Shown: one piece after another, positions 25,546-35,452 of the stretch
Layout: every line of letters starts with the position of its first letter
Position numbering within the stretch: the stretch's first letter is position 1
Origin: Gemmatimonadota bacterium
Lineage (GTDB): Bacteria > Latescibacterota > UBA2968 > GCA-2709665
Reading direction: 5' to 3'
NCBI GenBank assembly: GCA_002709665.1
Contig: PAQK01000029.1
Location: 31,874-95,873, forward strand
DNA: 64,000 nucleotides
The notes under the pieces: model-generated
What the model saw: the letters and a program-made list of their open reading frames with translations, nothing else
Database searches by the model: none
What the model was told of the DNA's origin: nothing
Made by a program: the position numbers and the translations under genes

Positions 25546-28500
25546 TCAGAGCGTTATCAGGACGTTCCCTAGCCCAGTCTCCGCCAAGTTCAGCGTTGAC
25601 ATACCATTCTGTTCAATGATGAGAATATCCCGGTCCAGACCATTTTGTGAAATACGCGCGGTGCCCTCGAGACCCTTCCCGAGTGCCAGTGTGGTTTCCG
25701 GGCCAATTCTCGCTTCGAATCTACCAGGCTCAGTGCTCCGAATGTAGCTTGTCATGGTGATGGTTCCAGTGTCGCCAACCCCCAGGTCGAAGATTGTGAA
25801 GCTATCCCCTTTCTCAAGTGCGGCTTGAAGCCTCCCAGTGTCAGGTCGTTCACCATTTACCGCCTTGACAGCGATTCGGCTCAAGGGTCTCAGGCCGCTT
25901 TCGATATTGGCCACTGCATCCGGCTGTATGTGATCCAGGGTAAGCACATCCCCGCATGGAGTGACCAGTCTTGCCCCGTGGTAGTAGCGGAAGCCTGCCA
26001 GCGGAAAGTGGGTGTGGGAGATGATGATGCCATCCTCAAAGCCGTCGGCGGTGCCTTCACCAATCCGAATGTCAATGTCTACGTGGAGGCTTACACCCTC
26101 CGCACATTTATTTGCGGAAAGGATACGGTAGGTAGATGAACGTGTGTGGTTCTCGATACGCAGATGCTCACCCACAAGATTTGTCAGAGGTTCTGGGGCG
26201 GCGTCCAGGATGATCTGGCGAGCCCCAAAGTCGCCACCGACGACTCGGGATGTGGCAGTGCCGAATGTTCCGTAAACGCCGAACCCCTCGAAGCAGAAAT
26301 GGCCTCCACCGGTGAGGGAGACTTGCCGTACACCATCCTCAGAGCGCCTTGCGAATCCGTAGTCGCCCGTGAATGACCAGTCGTTGGAGTCCGGAGTGAC
26401 CGGTCCGCTGGCGGCATTGTTCACGACGAGATCAATAACGGATTCAGTTTCAACCCGGAGGACGACGGCGTCCTTCTCCTGTACCGGGACTGTTTCGATG
26501 TCCTGGACGATCTTGCGATCGTTCTCTGACGCTTCTATAAGGGTGACGAACCGAGAATCGAGAGGAGATTGTCCGGTTCTGTGGGCGACTGCCCAACGAA
26601 ACTGGTAGGGGGGATCGTCCATCGAAGATATAGGGGGTTTTCCATCGCCCAGAATGACTTCACCATCCTCGGCGAGCTGTCTCATTCGAAGGGAGAGGCC
26701 GGAGTCCCCTGAAAGCTTCCAGGAAACGCCCCAGGGGCCGTTCACCTGGCCACGTTCGCAGTTGTAAAGGTGGGCGAGACTGTGCAAGTCCGGATCGTCT
26801 GATTCCAGTTTGTCGACTTCTCCATAGCCGATATGTTCACCCGCGGGAGTGCCTTGCTCCCACGTAACTAGATCCTGCAAACCCTCCGGGGCAACTTCTC
26901 CGTGTGGACCCCGGAAGCTCCACCAGTGTTGATCCCCACCGGTTGCACGATGAATGTCGACTACGTAGAAGTCTGTGTCGTCTACGTCGATCAGGGCGGC
27001 CCACCGGCTGTATGGTTGGTCGCCGAGGACTTCGTATCGTGTATCTCCTGCGCCATGGTCTCTGGACGCCTCGCCATCGGCTCGAGCAGCCTGGAAATTC
27101 GGAGAGGTCGAGATGGAATGAAGCGCGCCCCTGTACCAGACATCGGGCGCGATTCCCTGTACTTTTACTCGATAGTGCGTGAGCCAGTTGGCGTCCCAGA
27201 GGGTATGGGTCGACCACGTGTAGGGATACCCGAGCTGAGACATGAAATTTCTCTGGTGTGCGAATAGACCGATATCGAGCATGTCGTCCTGTCTGTGACC
27301 TCTTGCCTGGCCATACCGGAGCCACAGTGCTCTGGATTGATCCCCACTCCCGCTACGGAGAACTGCAATCCCGTAACCGTCGAAAATCTGGGTCGGAAAG
27401 TTGTTTTCTGCTCCTTCGAGATCCACCAGATCCTTGACGTCCTTCGGGGAGACCCGGCTCTCAGGACCGGGTTCGTATCCCTCTCCTTGCCAGATGGAGC
27501 GCGCGAAGATGGCATCCCCATAAGTTTCGAATGCGTATTCAGAAGTATCCATCTGTCTGGACATCGAATACATCTTGCCGAGTGGCGGGTTGCCCTCCTG
27601 GGGGCGACCTCCGCCGTCGCCGATTTGGGGATACATGCGCCCTATGCAGACAAGTTCGGCAAGGTGGGCATACAGCATCTTGCTCTTGGGATCGGCTTCG
27701 AATGTGGAGATACCTGAATTCCGGTACTCATCAGGACGAAGCTCCTGCAGTCGAGACAGTCCTCTGGCGATAGGGGGCGTGGCATCTACATGCATCCCGT
27801 TGTATCCGCCCGTGGACTCGAATGCCGAACCGTCTCTGAAGAAGAAGTTGGGGATCCAGTAGCGCATCTGTCCGCCGCCATTCCAAAGCCAATCTGCCAG
27901 GTCGACACCTGCCTTGTAGTTCATCGCGAGGGTGAGATAAGTGAGCCCCATCTGCGGATGTGGGAGGTTGGAATGGGCGCCTCCGTCCATTACCGTTTGT
28001 GCGCCAACCCTGAACACATGGTCTTCGATATATCGCCTGGTATCTTCACCCGATGTCAGGCCCAGGCGCGAGTTGGCCATTTGAAGGAATTCCGCGTCGT
28101 CGTCCAGTCCCTCCCAAGCTAGGTCGTAGGCAACGGCATACTTGACGAAGTCTCCGGCGAGGCTGATGCAGTAGTTGATCAGGCCTGACCGGTTGAGGTC
28201 GCCCACCGACTCGGCTTGGGACGGCCACCGGGGAGGTATTCCACTGCGATAGTGGAGGTCGTCGCCGCCGAACCTGAATCGTTCCTCTAAATTTCCAGAG
28301 AGATATGCCCACTCGTCGGCCATCCTGAGAAGCATAACGCGGATCTTGTGTAGGAAGATTTCATCACCTGTTTGCACATATGCATCCGAGAGTGTTTTGA
28401 TCCCACTGTTGAAGTGGTATCCACGGGCATTTTGATATACACCGACAAATGCCCATTTGGTATCGCCATGGACACATCCGTAGCCATCGTCGGGATGGTC

Positions 28501-29235
28501 GCCCGAGGTATAGTCGTCCTCCTCGATGTTGTTCGAAGGGTACCACTCACCTCCTACAGGGCACTGGACCTTGTACGGCATGCCCTCCACGTCGGTCTTC
28601 CAGGGATAGTAACCACTGTACTTGAATATGCTGTCCCCGTGAACCGGGCACCCAACGGTCAGGTTTGCGAAGTGCCAGCGGGGCACCTCCGATTTGGCTA
28701 TGGCGTTCCAGAGGACTTCGTCGGATTTGGCAGCCCAGGATTCGGCCTCGGTGAGTACCTGATCTTCCGGGTGGTTTCGCCCCCAGGCGAGCACTCTCTC
28801 CAGGTCCTCAGCCCGCCAGATCGATCGGCTGGATTTTAGTTCGTCAACGTTCTCCCAAAGTGGCCACCTCCTCGGCAAACGAATTTCGCCCTGTTCTCGC
28901 CGTTCGAGTATGCCGGCCCGATCCAGACAATCCAGCTGGATTTCGATACCGTCCGTGTTGCCATCAAACCGAAATACGGCATTCCGAATCACCTGGCTCG
29001 CCTTCAGGTAAAAAATGGTTTCGCCCGGTTTTTCAGGATTGGTTCGATCCACCAGATTGACGCCTGGTGGCAGAGACGGTGTGACCGGGAACTGCTTATC
29101 CACAACTTCAAGGACGATTCGGAACACTCGGCCCAGTTCGATTCGTTCGGGTGCGTAGGATAGTGAAATTTCCGCCATTGGGTCTCCGGGGTTCGATACC
29201 AGTGTCGAAGCTGTCTCACGAACACTCGATTGCAA
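25546..29235 (-). CDS. Very large heparinase II/III-like (polysaccharide lyase-like) protein
   Basis: 1229-aa intact ORF. An alpha/alpha-toroid-like central region is followed by a block resembling the heparinase II/III C-terminal domain (ALWLRYGQARGHRQDDMLDIGLFAHQRNFMSQLGYP). No N-terminal signal peptide; an alternative start Met20 is at 29178. Confidence 0.45.
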   Translation of the reverse strand: MQSSVRETASTLVSNPGDPMAEISLSYAPERIELGRVFRIVLEVVDKQFPVTPSLPPGVNLVDRTNPEKPGETIFYLKASQVIRNAVFRFDGNTDGIEIQLDCLDRAGILERREQGEIRLPRRWPLWENVDELKSSRSIWRAEDLERVLAWGRNHPEDQVLTEAESWAAKSDEVLWNAIAKSEVPRWHFANLTVGCPVHGDSIFKYSGYYPWKTDVEGMPYKVQCPVGGEWYPSNNIEEDDYTSGDHPDDGYGCVHGDTKWAFVGVYQNARGYHFNSGIKTLSDAYVQTGDEIFLHKIRVMLLRMADEWAYLSGNLEERFRFGGDDLHYRSGIPPRWPSQAESVGDLNRSGLINYCISLAGDFVKYAVAYDLAWEGLDDDAEFLQMANSRLGLTSGEDTRRYIEDHVFRVGAQTVMDGGAHSNLPHPQMGLTYLTLAMNYKAGVDLADWLWNGGGQMRYWIPNFFFRDGSAFESTGGYNGMHVDATPPIARGLSRLQELRPDEYRNSGISTFEADPKSKMLYAHLAELVCIGRMYPQIGDGGGRPQEGNPPLGKMYSMSRQMDTSEYAFETYGDAIFARSIWQGEGYEPGPESRVSPKDVKDLVDLEGAENNFPTQIFDGYGIAVLRSGSGDQSRALWLRYGQARGHRQDDMLDIGLFAHQRNFMSQLGYPYTWSTHTLWDANWLTHYRVKVQGIAPDVWYRGALHSISTSPNFQAARADGEASRDHGAGDTRYEVLGDQPYSRWAALIDVDDTDFYVVDIHRATGGDQHWWSFRGPHGEVAPEGLQDLVTWEQGTPAGEHIGYGEVDKLESDDPDLHSLAHLYNCERGQVNGPWGVSWKLSGDSGLSLRMRQLAEDGEVILGDGKPPISSMDDPPYQFRWAVAHRTGQSPLDSRFVTLIEASENDRKIVQDIETVPVQEKDAVVLRVETESVIDLVVNNAASGPVTPDSNDWSFTGDYGFARRSEDGVRQVSLTGGGHFCFEGFGVYGTFGTATSRVVGGDFGARQIILDAAPEPLTNLVGEHLRIENHTRSSTYRILSANKCAEGVSLHVDIDIRIGEGTADGFEDGIIISHTHFPLAGFRYYHGARLVTPCGDVLTLDHIQPDAVANIESGLRPLSRIAVKAVNGERPDTGRLQAALEKGDSFTIFDLGVGDTGTITMTSYIRSTEPGRFEARIGPETTLALGKGLEGTARISQNGLDRDILIIEQNGMSTLNLAETGLGNVLITL

Positions 29236-29355
29236 GATGATGTGCTACAAGATTGCTTGATCTACGTATGCAGGTCAATTACATTCTGACCGGTCATATT
29301 CAGAATTGTCGACGGTGGATCCTGGGCTGCCAAGACACGACAACGAGGGGATAAG

Positions 29356-30453
29356 ATGGGTGCTCACCATGTGACGATTTACAAGGAGCGTGGCAGATAC
29401 GCAGGATGGCCGGCCAACTATGGCATATGGGGCTGGGGAGATGAGATCGTCGTAGGTTTCACCCTGGGATACCACGATCCGGACGGCGGCTTCCACACAA
29501 GAGATCGCAACCGGCCCTTTGTCGGTATGCAGGCCAGAAGCCTGGATGGGGGCGAGCGGTGGGAGGTCGTTGAGACACCCTTCAATGCCCCCGGAAACAA
29601 AGGCGTGTCTGCAGATGAGCATATGAAAAAGAGTCTGGTGATCGGCGATTCTGCAAACACCGATAATGCGCCGAGAGCCTGCCTTGACGGTGTGGATCTG
29701 GAAAACCCTGACCTTGCCCTCATGTGTGCTCGGACGGGGCTGAGGGCCGGCGCTCAGTCCTGGTTCTATGCTTCCGCGGACCGGTGCAGGTCCTGGGATG
29801 GACCCTATACATTGCCGATGTTCGATCAGCTCGGGATCGCGGCACGCACGGACTACCAGGTGACAGGAAGTGAGACCTTTATGCTCTTCCTAACGTCCAC
29901 AAAGTCTAACGGTGAAGAGGGGAAGGTGTTCTGTGCGAATACGCAGGATTCCGGACGATCTTTCGAGTTCGGGTCCTGGATTGGGGAGGAGCCCGAGGGC
30001 TTCTCAATAATGCCGGCAAGTGTCAGGCTCTCGGATGGACGATTCCTGGTCTCCATAAGGTGTCGTGGCGGTGGACGCAAGACCGGAGACGAGCGAAACT
30101 GGATCGACCTGTATGAGACCACGGATAACTGTGCAACCTGGCATCTGCTCAACCGACCTGTCGAGGAAACCGGTACAGGTGGGAACCCGCCCGCGATGAT
30201 CCAACTGAAGGATGGGAGAATATGGCTTACATACGGTTATCGGGACGAGCCCTCCGGTATGAGAGCGAAGGTAAGTGAGGATCAAGGCCGCACGTGGGGC
30301 GAGGAGATCGTGCTGCGAGATGGAGGCGGCGACCACGATCTGGGTTATCCCCGGACAATCCAGCGCGAGGATGGCAAGATTGTGACGGTTTACTATTTTA
30401 ACGATTCGCCCGACAGCGAGCGGTATGTGGCCGCTACGATCTGGGATGCATAG
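29356..30453 (+). CDS. BNR/Asp-box repeat protein, sialidase (GH33)-like beta-propeller
   Basis: Four Asp-box-like motifs: SADRCRSW, TQDSGRSF, TTDNCATW, SEDQGRTW. 365 aa. No clear FRIP motif. Confidence 0.6.
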   Translation: MGAHHVTIYKERGRYAGWPANYGIWGWGDEIVVGFTLGYHDPDGGFHTRDRNRPFVGMQARSLDGGERWEVVETPFNAPGNKGVSADEHMKKSLVIGDSANTDNAPRACLDGVDLENPDLALMCARTGLRAGAQSWFYASADRCRSWDGPYTLPMFDQLGIAARTDYQVTGSETFMLFLTSTKSNGEEGKVFCANTQDSGRSFEFGSWIGEEPEGFSIMPASVRLSDGRFLVSIRCRGGGRKTGDERNWIDLYETTDNCATWHLLNRPVEETGTGGNPPAMIQLKDGRIWLTYGYRDEPSGMRAKVSEDQGRTWGEEIVLRDGGGDHDLGYPRTIQREDGKIVTVYYFNDSPDSERYVAATIWDA

Positions 30454-30519
30454 TGGGCCGTTGTGAGAAGGTCTACCTGGAATTCGGGATACGTTCTAAG
30501 CCGGGCAAATGAATGCTCC

Positions 30520-30547
30520 TTGACAATCGGTACCTGGCGTGTATTTT
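30520..30547 (+). promoter_or_regulatory. Candidate sigma70-like promoter for the RidA-like gene
   Basis: TTGACA (30520-30525), 16-nt spacer, TATTTT (30542-30547). Confidence 0.45.
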
Positions 30548-30555
30548 GAATTCTC

Positions 30556-30589
30556 GTCAATTATACATTTCGGTCAATTATACATTTCG
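30556..30589 (+). repeat. Perfect contiguous 17-nt tandem direct repeat in the 5' leader
   Basis: GTCAATTATACATTTCG occurs at 30556-30572 and again at 30573-30589. The pair lies between the putative -10 element and the GGAGGAAG ribosome-binding site of the ATG at 30604. Confidence 0.9.
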
Positions 30590-30603
30590 ATGGAGGAAGA
30601 GAC

Positions 30604-31197
30604 ATGGCAGAGATTCACGATGGATGGAAACGGGATTTCGACGTTTATGATCGTATCAAAGAGCTTGGGATTGACCTGGGCGCCAAGGAAGATGCAGTTC
30701 CGGCCGCTAAGGGCAGACGGATTGCGATGGTGACGTTCACCCCTTCCGGACTGGTGTTTACGTCCGGCACGGGCGGGGGGACAGGTCCCGTGACCAACGA
30801 TGACGGGGACGTTCAGGACGGGTTCGCAGCTGGTCAGGAGGCAGGACACAATCACATTCGATCCCTGCACTGGGGCCTCGATCCCTATGGCACATTGAAC
30901 GATGTGTGGTACTGCGTGAAGTGTATCGGCATGGTGAATTCGGCTGGTGGAGGGGCGTTCTCCAAATCTCCAGCGGTGGTTGACGGTTACTCGAACGTCT
31001 GGCACGATGTGTTCGGCGGTCCGATGTCACGCTGGGCTGACGACGGGCTCGACAGCTCGCTCGCGGGATGGCATACGAGAAGTGCGGTGGCGGGATTTGA
31101 CCTTCCGGGTCACTGCAAGATCGAACCTGAAATGATCGTGCAGGTAGATCCGGATCTGTCGCTTAGAATCATCAAGGAAAGAGGCCCCCATATCTAG
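30604..31197 (+). CDS. RidA/YjgF/TdcF-like family protein (extended, 197 aa)
   Basis: VTFTPSGLVFTSGTGG (RidA beta-strand plus SG motif) and C-terminal TRSAVAGFDLPGHCKIEPEMIVQV (R..v.v..Lp....vEi). Longer than canonical RidA. Confidence 0.5.
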   Translation: MAEIHDGWKRDFDVYDRIKELGIDLGAKEDAVPAAKGRRIAMVTFTPSGLVFTSGTGGGTGPVTNDDGDVQDGFAAGQEAGHNHIRSLHWGLDPYGTLNDVWYCVKCIGMVNSAGGGAFSKSPAVVDGYSNVWHDVFGGPMSRWADDGLDSSLAGWHTRSAVAGFDLPGHCKIEPEMIVQVDPDLSLRIIKERGPHI

Positions 31198-31287
31198 GGC
31201 AACAAGGCAGGCCGATGGGGAAGTACAATCGTCCCCTTCTCAGATGAGGGAAGGGGGCGATTCTGTGTACCTGTTGATAATCAAGAT

Positions 31288-32355
31288 CTAGATCCGATAC
31301 CGGTCTCCATCCGCCTTGGTGACGATTCTGTCCGAAGTGTCGACACTCAGCTTCTCAGACCAGTCCGTGATCTGTTGATGAATGGGCCCCGGTATGTCGA
31401 ACCCTTCGGCCAGGCGCTGGTTCCGCGATCTATGCTCGAAGTCACCGGGCACGAGGACTTCGCCGGATTCGGCCGATGCAGGCAAGGCCTTTATCGTATC
31501 CAGAAAGGCGCGAACGCCGTTCTGATATGGACCCAGGGGAGTGAAGGCGTCGACCTTCATGACTTGCATAAAGGCGCCTCTCATGATTCCCGATGCCATA
31601 TCCGGATACCCCGCCAGACCGCTTAGAAGGCAGGTCAGGAGCGCAAGGGCTGAACCTTTGTGCAGGCCGAATGGCAGGAGGAACCCGCCATCGTAGAAAT
31701 CATTTGGGTCAGTTGTAGGTGTCCCATTCCTGTCGAGGATCAGACCTTCGGGTAACGGCTGTCCTTTCGACTTCGCCACCTGAAGCTTGCCTTCGGCGAC
31801 AATACTGGTCGCGAAATCTAGGACAAAAGGAATTTCGTCTCCGGTGGGCACACCGACAGCGATGGGATTTGTTCCAAGGGGCCCCGCTGAACCGCCGTAG
31901 GGGGCGGCTCTCCCGCCGCTCCCAACTCCCACCGTGATGATTCCAATACATCCTGCCAATGCGGCCGCCTCCGCATACTCTCCCAGCCGACCGATGTGAC
32001 TGATCCGATCGAAGGTGACAAAACACAAACGGTTAGTCTGCGCCTCCTGGATGGCGAGATCCATTGCGAATGCTGCAGTGTGATGGCCCAGTCCACCGTG
32101 ACCATCTATTTTGAGAACACTGTTGCTTCGTTCCATGATCTCCGGCTCAGCCGCAGGACAGATCCCTCCTGCCTGGATTGACTCCAGATATGCGGGAAGT
32201 CGCAGGATCCCATGGGAGTCGTGACCTGCGAGGTTGGATTTCACCAGAATTTCTGAGACGCAGTCTGCGATGTGCTCAGGCGTTTCGACGGCACGGAAAA
32301 GTTCTCGGCTTATGGCGTGCATCCGGGGGGCGGTATATCTGTGTTGGACAACCAT
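31288..32355 (-). CDS. Ldh_2 family oxidoreductase (malate / L-lactate / sulfolactate dehydrogenase type 2)
   Basis: NLAGHDSHGILRLPAYL, HHTAAFAMD, SHIGRLGEYA and GSAGPLGTNPIAVGVP blocks. 355 aa. Confidence 0.7.
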   Translation of the reverse strand: MVVQHRYTAPRMHAISRELFRAVETPEHIADCVSEILVKSNLAGHDSHGILRLPAYLESIQAGGICPAAEPEIMERSNSVLKIDGHGGLGHHTAAFAMDLAIQEAQTNRLCFVTFDRISHIGRLGEYAEAAALAGCIGIITVGVGSGGRAAPYGGSAGPLGTNPIAVGVPTGDEIPFVLDFATSIVAEGKLQVAKSKGQPLPEGLILDRNGTPTTDPNDFYDGGFLLPFGLHKGSALALLTCLLSGLAGYPDMASGIMRGAFMQVMKVDAFTPLGPYQNGVRAFLDTIKALPASAESGEVLVPGDFEHRSRNQRLAEGFDIPGPIHQQITDWSEKLSVDTSDRIVTKADGDRYRI

Positions 32356-32939
32356 TTGGCTAGATTCTTGTAAAGTTTTTGTTCATGGGGTTGCCAAGAT
32401 AGTCTTCGCGACGCACTTAAGATCGAGTTGGAATGTATGGATTTTAGCCCAGCAATTCCACCCTTGATTTAGGTACAAGTAACACGCCTTCCTGAGATAT
32501 CTTAAGGCAGAATGAACTATGGCAACTCCAAATTGGTTTTCGCTCGTACCGACATAACCACAAGGCTTTGCATCTCCTAGTGAGGGGGCGCGTAGTGACC
32601 TGGTTGGTGCTATATTGGTCCACCGCATTCTAGGTGCTTTCGTTACGTGTCAGGTGTTCCACTGCTCTTCGCTCTATGAGGAAAATATGATCGATTTTCA
32701 GGAATTAGTCGTGGATTGGTTCTCTGAAGAGTTGAGAAATTCTTACTTGAAGATGTAAGGCACGCGGGTTCCCGCATAAGTTGGGTTGTTGGAGTGGGCG
32801 GGCAGGTTAGCCCTCGGAAATATCGCAGGACTGGAGGAACTGGTAAGAGAGAAGGAGATGGTCTAGCGATACCTCCTTGTTTCCAGCTGGACAGAATCTC
32901 AGGAGCAGTCCGGAATTTTTGGGTGTGTGTTCGAGTCAC

Positions 32940-33695
32940 TCAGCGCTTCAGGATACCTCCGTTGACGTCTATTGTTGCGCCAGTTATGTAGGCACCCATC
33001 CTGGAAGCCAGAAACAGAGCCGGATAGGCAATGTCTTCGGGTTCACCAATTCTCCCTAACGGGACAAGCGTCTCTATCTGGGACCGTACCTCGGCGCTGA
33101 GGGTCATGCTGGTGTCGATTACACCTGGCGTTATGGCGTTCACGGTGATGTTCGAGGCAGCAAGATCCCTGGACAGTGTCTTTGTCATTCCCAGCATACC
33201 GGCTTTCGAGCTGGCGTAGTGAACTCCCCCCGAGACTCCACCCGTCTGGCCACTGATGGACGAAATGTTGATGATGCGCCCACTCTCCTGTTTCTGCATG
33301 TGTGGTGCGCACGCAAGGCAGCACAGATACGCGCCTGTGAGGTTCGCTGATATCACCCTGTGCCATTCTGCGGCGTGGATGTCTGAATAGGGTCCGGGGC
33401 TCATCAGCCCGGCATTGTTGATCAAGATGTCAATTCGCCCGAAGGCCTCGAGGGTTTTTTCCACCACCTCGTTTACCTGTGCTTCTTCCGCAACATCCGC
33501 GACAAGGGATATCGCACGGTCGCCCAACTGGCCCGCCAGTTCCTCAAGCGGCTCGGCACTTCTTGAAACAAGCGCGACACCGGCACCTGCGCAATGGAAT
33601 ACTTCTGCAATGCTTCGTCCAATGCCTCGGCTGGCACCCGTGACTAGGGCGACCTGGCCCGATAGGTCGAGTAGTTCGTGCAATTCCTGGGGCAT
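32940..33695 (-). CDS. Short-chain dehydrogenase/reductase (FabG-like)
   Basis: VALVTGASRGIGRSIA (TGxxxGxG), NNAG, and the YASSKAG catalytic Y-x-x-x-K. 251 aa. Confidence 0.85.
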   Translation of the reverse strand: MPQELHELLDLSGQVALVTGASRGIGRSIAEVFHCAGAGVALVSRSAEPLEELAGQLGDRAISLVADVAEEAQVNEVVEKTLEAFGRIDILINNAGLMSPGPYSDIHAAEWHRVISANLTGAYLCCLACAPHMQKQESGRIINISSISGQTGGVSGGVHYASSKAGMLGMTKTLSRDLAASNITVNAITPGVIDTSMTLSAEVRSQIETLVPLGRIGEPEDIAYPALFLASRMGAYITGATIDVNGGILKR

Positions 33696-34126
33696 AATCG
33701 ATTCCTGGGGATGAGGTTAGAAGGGACTCGAAACTCTCGGGGAAGATAAGAGAATTGGGCGACCCCGACAATGCAAAAGAGGCAGTTGGAGTTTACTGAC
33801 CGGCCACAGTCCTGTTACAAAACGTTGCACGACCATGTTACGAAACAAGTGAGATATCCGGAATTGCAACCCAGGCCGGTTCGCTGAATCCTGGACTCAA
33901 GGCTCTAATTTTAAAGGGGTAACAATCGCCTCGAGGGAACAGCAGGACATGGCGCTAAATTTGCTTTTTTCTTGTCTGTCGGGGTGATCCGGTATCACCG
34001 GAAGGTGTGGACATTCGTCTTTAAGGCCAAAGGCATCGTATGTAGCTTCTGCCAGGATACCCAGCAACAGTCAGCGGTCCGATCGGTGATCAGTCCGACC
34101 CGTCGGTTTCGACCAGTGTACTGGTT

Positions 34127-35349
34127 GTGGACAAAGATCAGTTCTCTCAGCTGATCAGCCGGATGCTGTCCACCAGCTTCGAGGTGATCTGTGTAGAAGA
34201 GGCCCCGGAAGCCGCCACGGTGCTGCTGCGCAGGAATCCTGACATTGTGGTGGCGGAACTCCTGGATATGAATGCGGTGAGCCATCACCCCCCCTTTATT
34301 TTGACCTGTATCAAGCCCCAGGCTGACATGATGGATAAGGCCCGCAAAGTAGGCGTTGACGCGCTCCTGGTGAAACCGTTTCCCCCAAGTTCACTCGTTG
34401 AACGAATTGGTGCAGTAATTCCTGGCAAGCCGGGACGACGGCCGGAGCAAGAGGCGTCAGCCAGCACCCTTGATGACTTGAGGGAAACGGTCAGATGGAT
34501 TGACGGGCTGCCCGAGATCGACTTAATCCACAGGGATATCCTGCAATTCGGGCAAACCGAGGGTGCGCTGAACCAGGATGTCTCCGAACAGCTCAAGATG
34601 GATCCCTTCATGGTGGACGCAACCCTCAATCTGGCGAACGCTTTTCGAGAGGTTTTCCCTCGAAAGGTGGCGACATTACGTCAAGCCACTTCACTTGGCG
34701 GATTCAGCGAGGTCGCAAACCTTGTTCTCACGATCCAGGTCTTCGAGACCCTGGGCTCATAAGAGTCTCAATCGGATTTCTATGTCCGAGCATATTGGAA
34801 ACACGCTGTAGATACAGCTTTCATCCCTGGACCCTAGCAAAGAAGGTCAAGGTCGAACCGGATCTCTGTTTTATGGCAGGCATCCTGCACGATGCGGGTA
34901 AGCTTGTCCTAGACCGGTTCTTCAGTCCCTTTTTTGGAGCCACTTTGAATACCATACGGGAAAAGGGCCTTCATTCCCAACAGGTGGCACTTGAGACACT
35001 TGGCACCACGCACACCTATCTGTGTGGGTATCTTGGACTGAACTGGGGGTTTCTGGAAGACCTGATGGAGGGTATTACCTGCCAGCATGATCCTTCCACG
35101 GCCCGTTCGAATCCTAAATTGGCCAGTGTGATACACCTTGCGAATGCAATCTGCAATTATCTTTCCTATGGCATTTTTGGGGAGGTGATCCGGCAGAGCC
35201 CAGATGATCCTGCGCTGAACCAGTCCTTACTGAAGCAAGGTGTGGGACCTCACCTGTTGGATCAGATGATCGAGGCGGGAGAGGAGCAGCTGAAGAGCGC
35301 CGACCGCTTTATGGATGCGCTTCTGGATGGGCCGGCTGCGGCAGGCTGA
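34127..35349 (+). pseudogene. Receiver-domain / HDOD-domain signalling protein disrupted by an in-frame TAA and a frameshift
   Basis: Receiver-like VLVVDKDQFSQ...DALLVKPF, with a degenerate acceptor site (VVAELLDMN). The HDOD domain starts in track ORF 34127-34762 (...LVLTIQVFETLGS*) and continues in the same frame past TAA 34760-34762 (FYVRAYWKHAVDTAFI). It then shifts frame near 34825-34835 into ORF 34795-35349 (LAKKVKVEPDLCFMAGILHDAGKLVLD). The only upstream ATG (34040) is immediately followed by TAG. Confidence 0.6.
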
Positions 35350-35384
35350 GGAAGGATAAAGGGAAGATTCCCGGTTCTGAGAAT

Positions 35385-35426
35385 ACAAAAGGGGGGACGC
35401 GAAAAAAGTCGCGCCCCCCCTTTTGT
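35385..35426. terminator. Bidirectional Rho-independent terminator between convergent genes
   Basis: ACAAAA-GGGGGGACGCGA-AAAAAG-TCGCGCCCCCCC-TTTTGT. A 12-bp GC-rich stem is flanked by an A-tract and a T-tract. Confidence 0.8.
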
Positions 35427-35452
35427 ATTGATTCAGGATGCGTTGGCAGTTG

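Noticed and set aside
30556-30589. CRISPR or other repeat array
   Set aside because: Only two contiguous copies of a 17-mer are present, with no spacers. Nothing elsewhere in the window resembles a repeat-spacer array, and no cas genes are present.
31217-31256. Overlapping GC hairpins between the convergent RidA-like and Ldh_2 genes, as terminators
   Set aside because: The stems are short (5-7 bp) and neither strand has a following T-tract. They are left unannotated.
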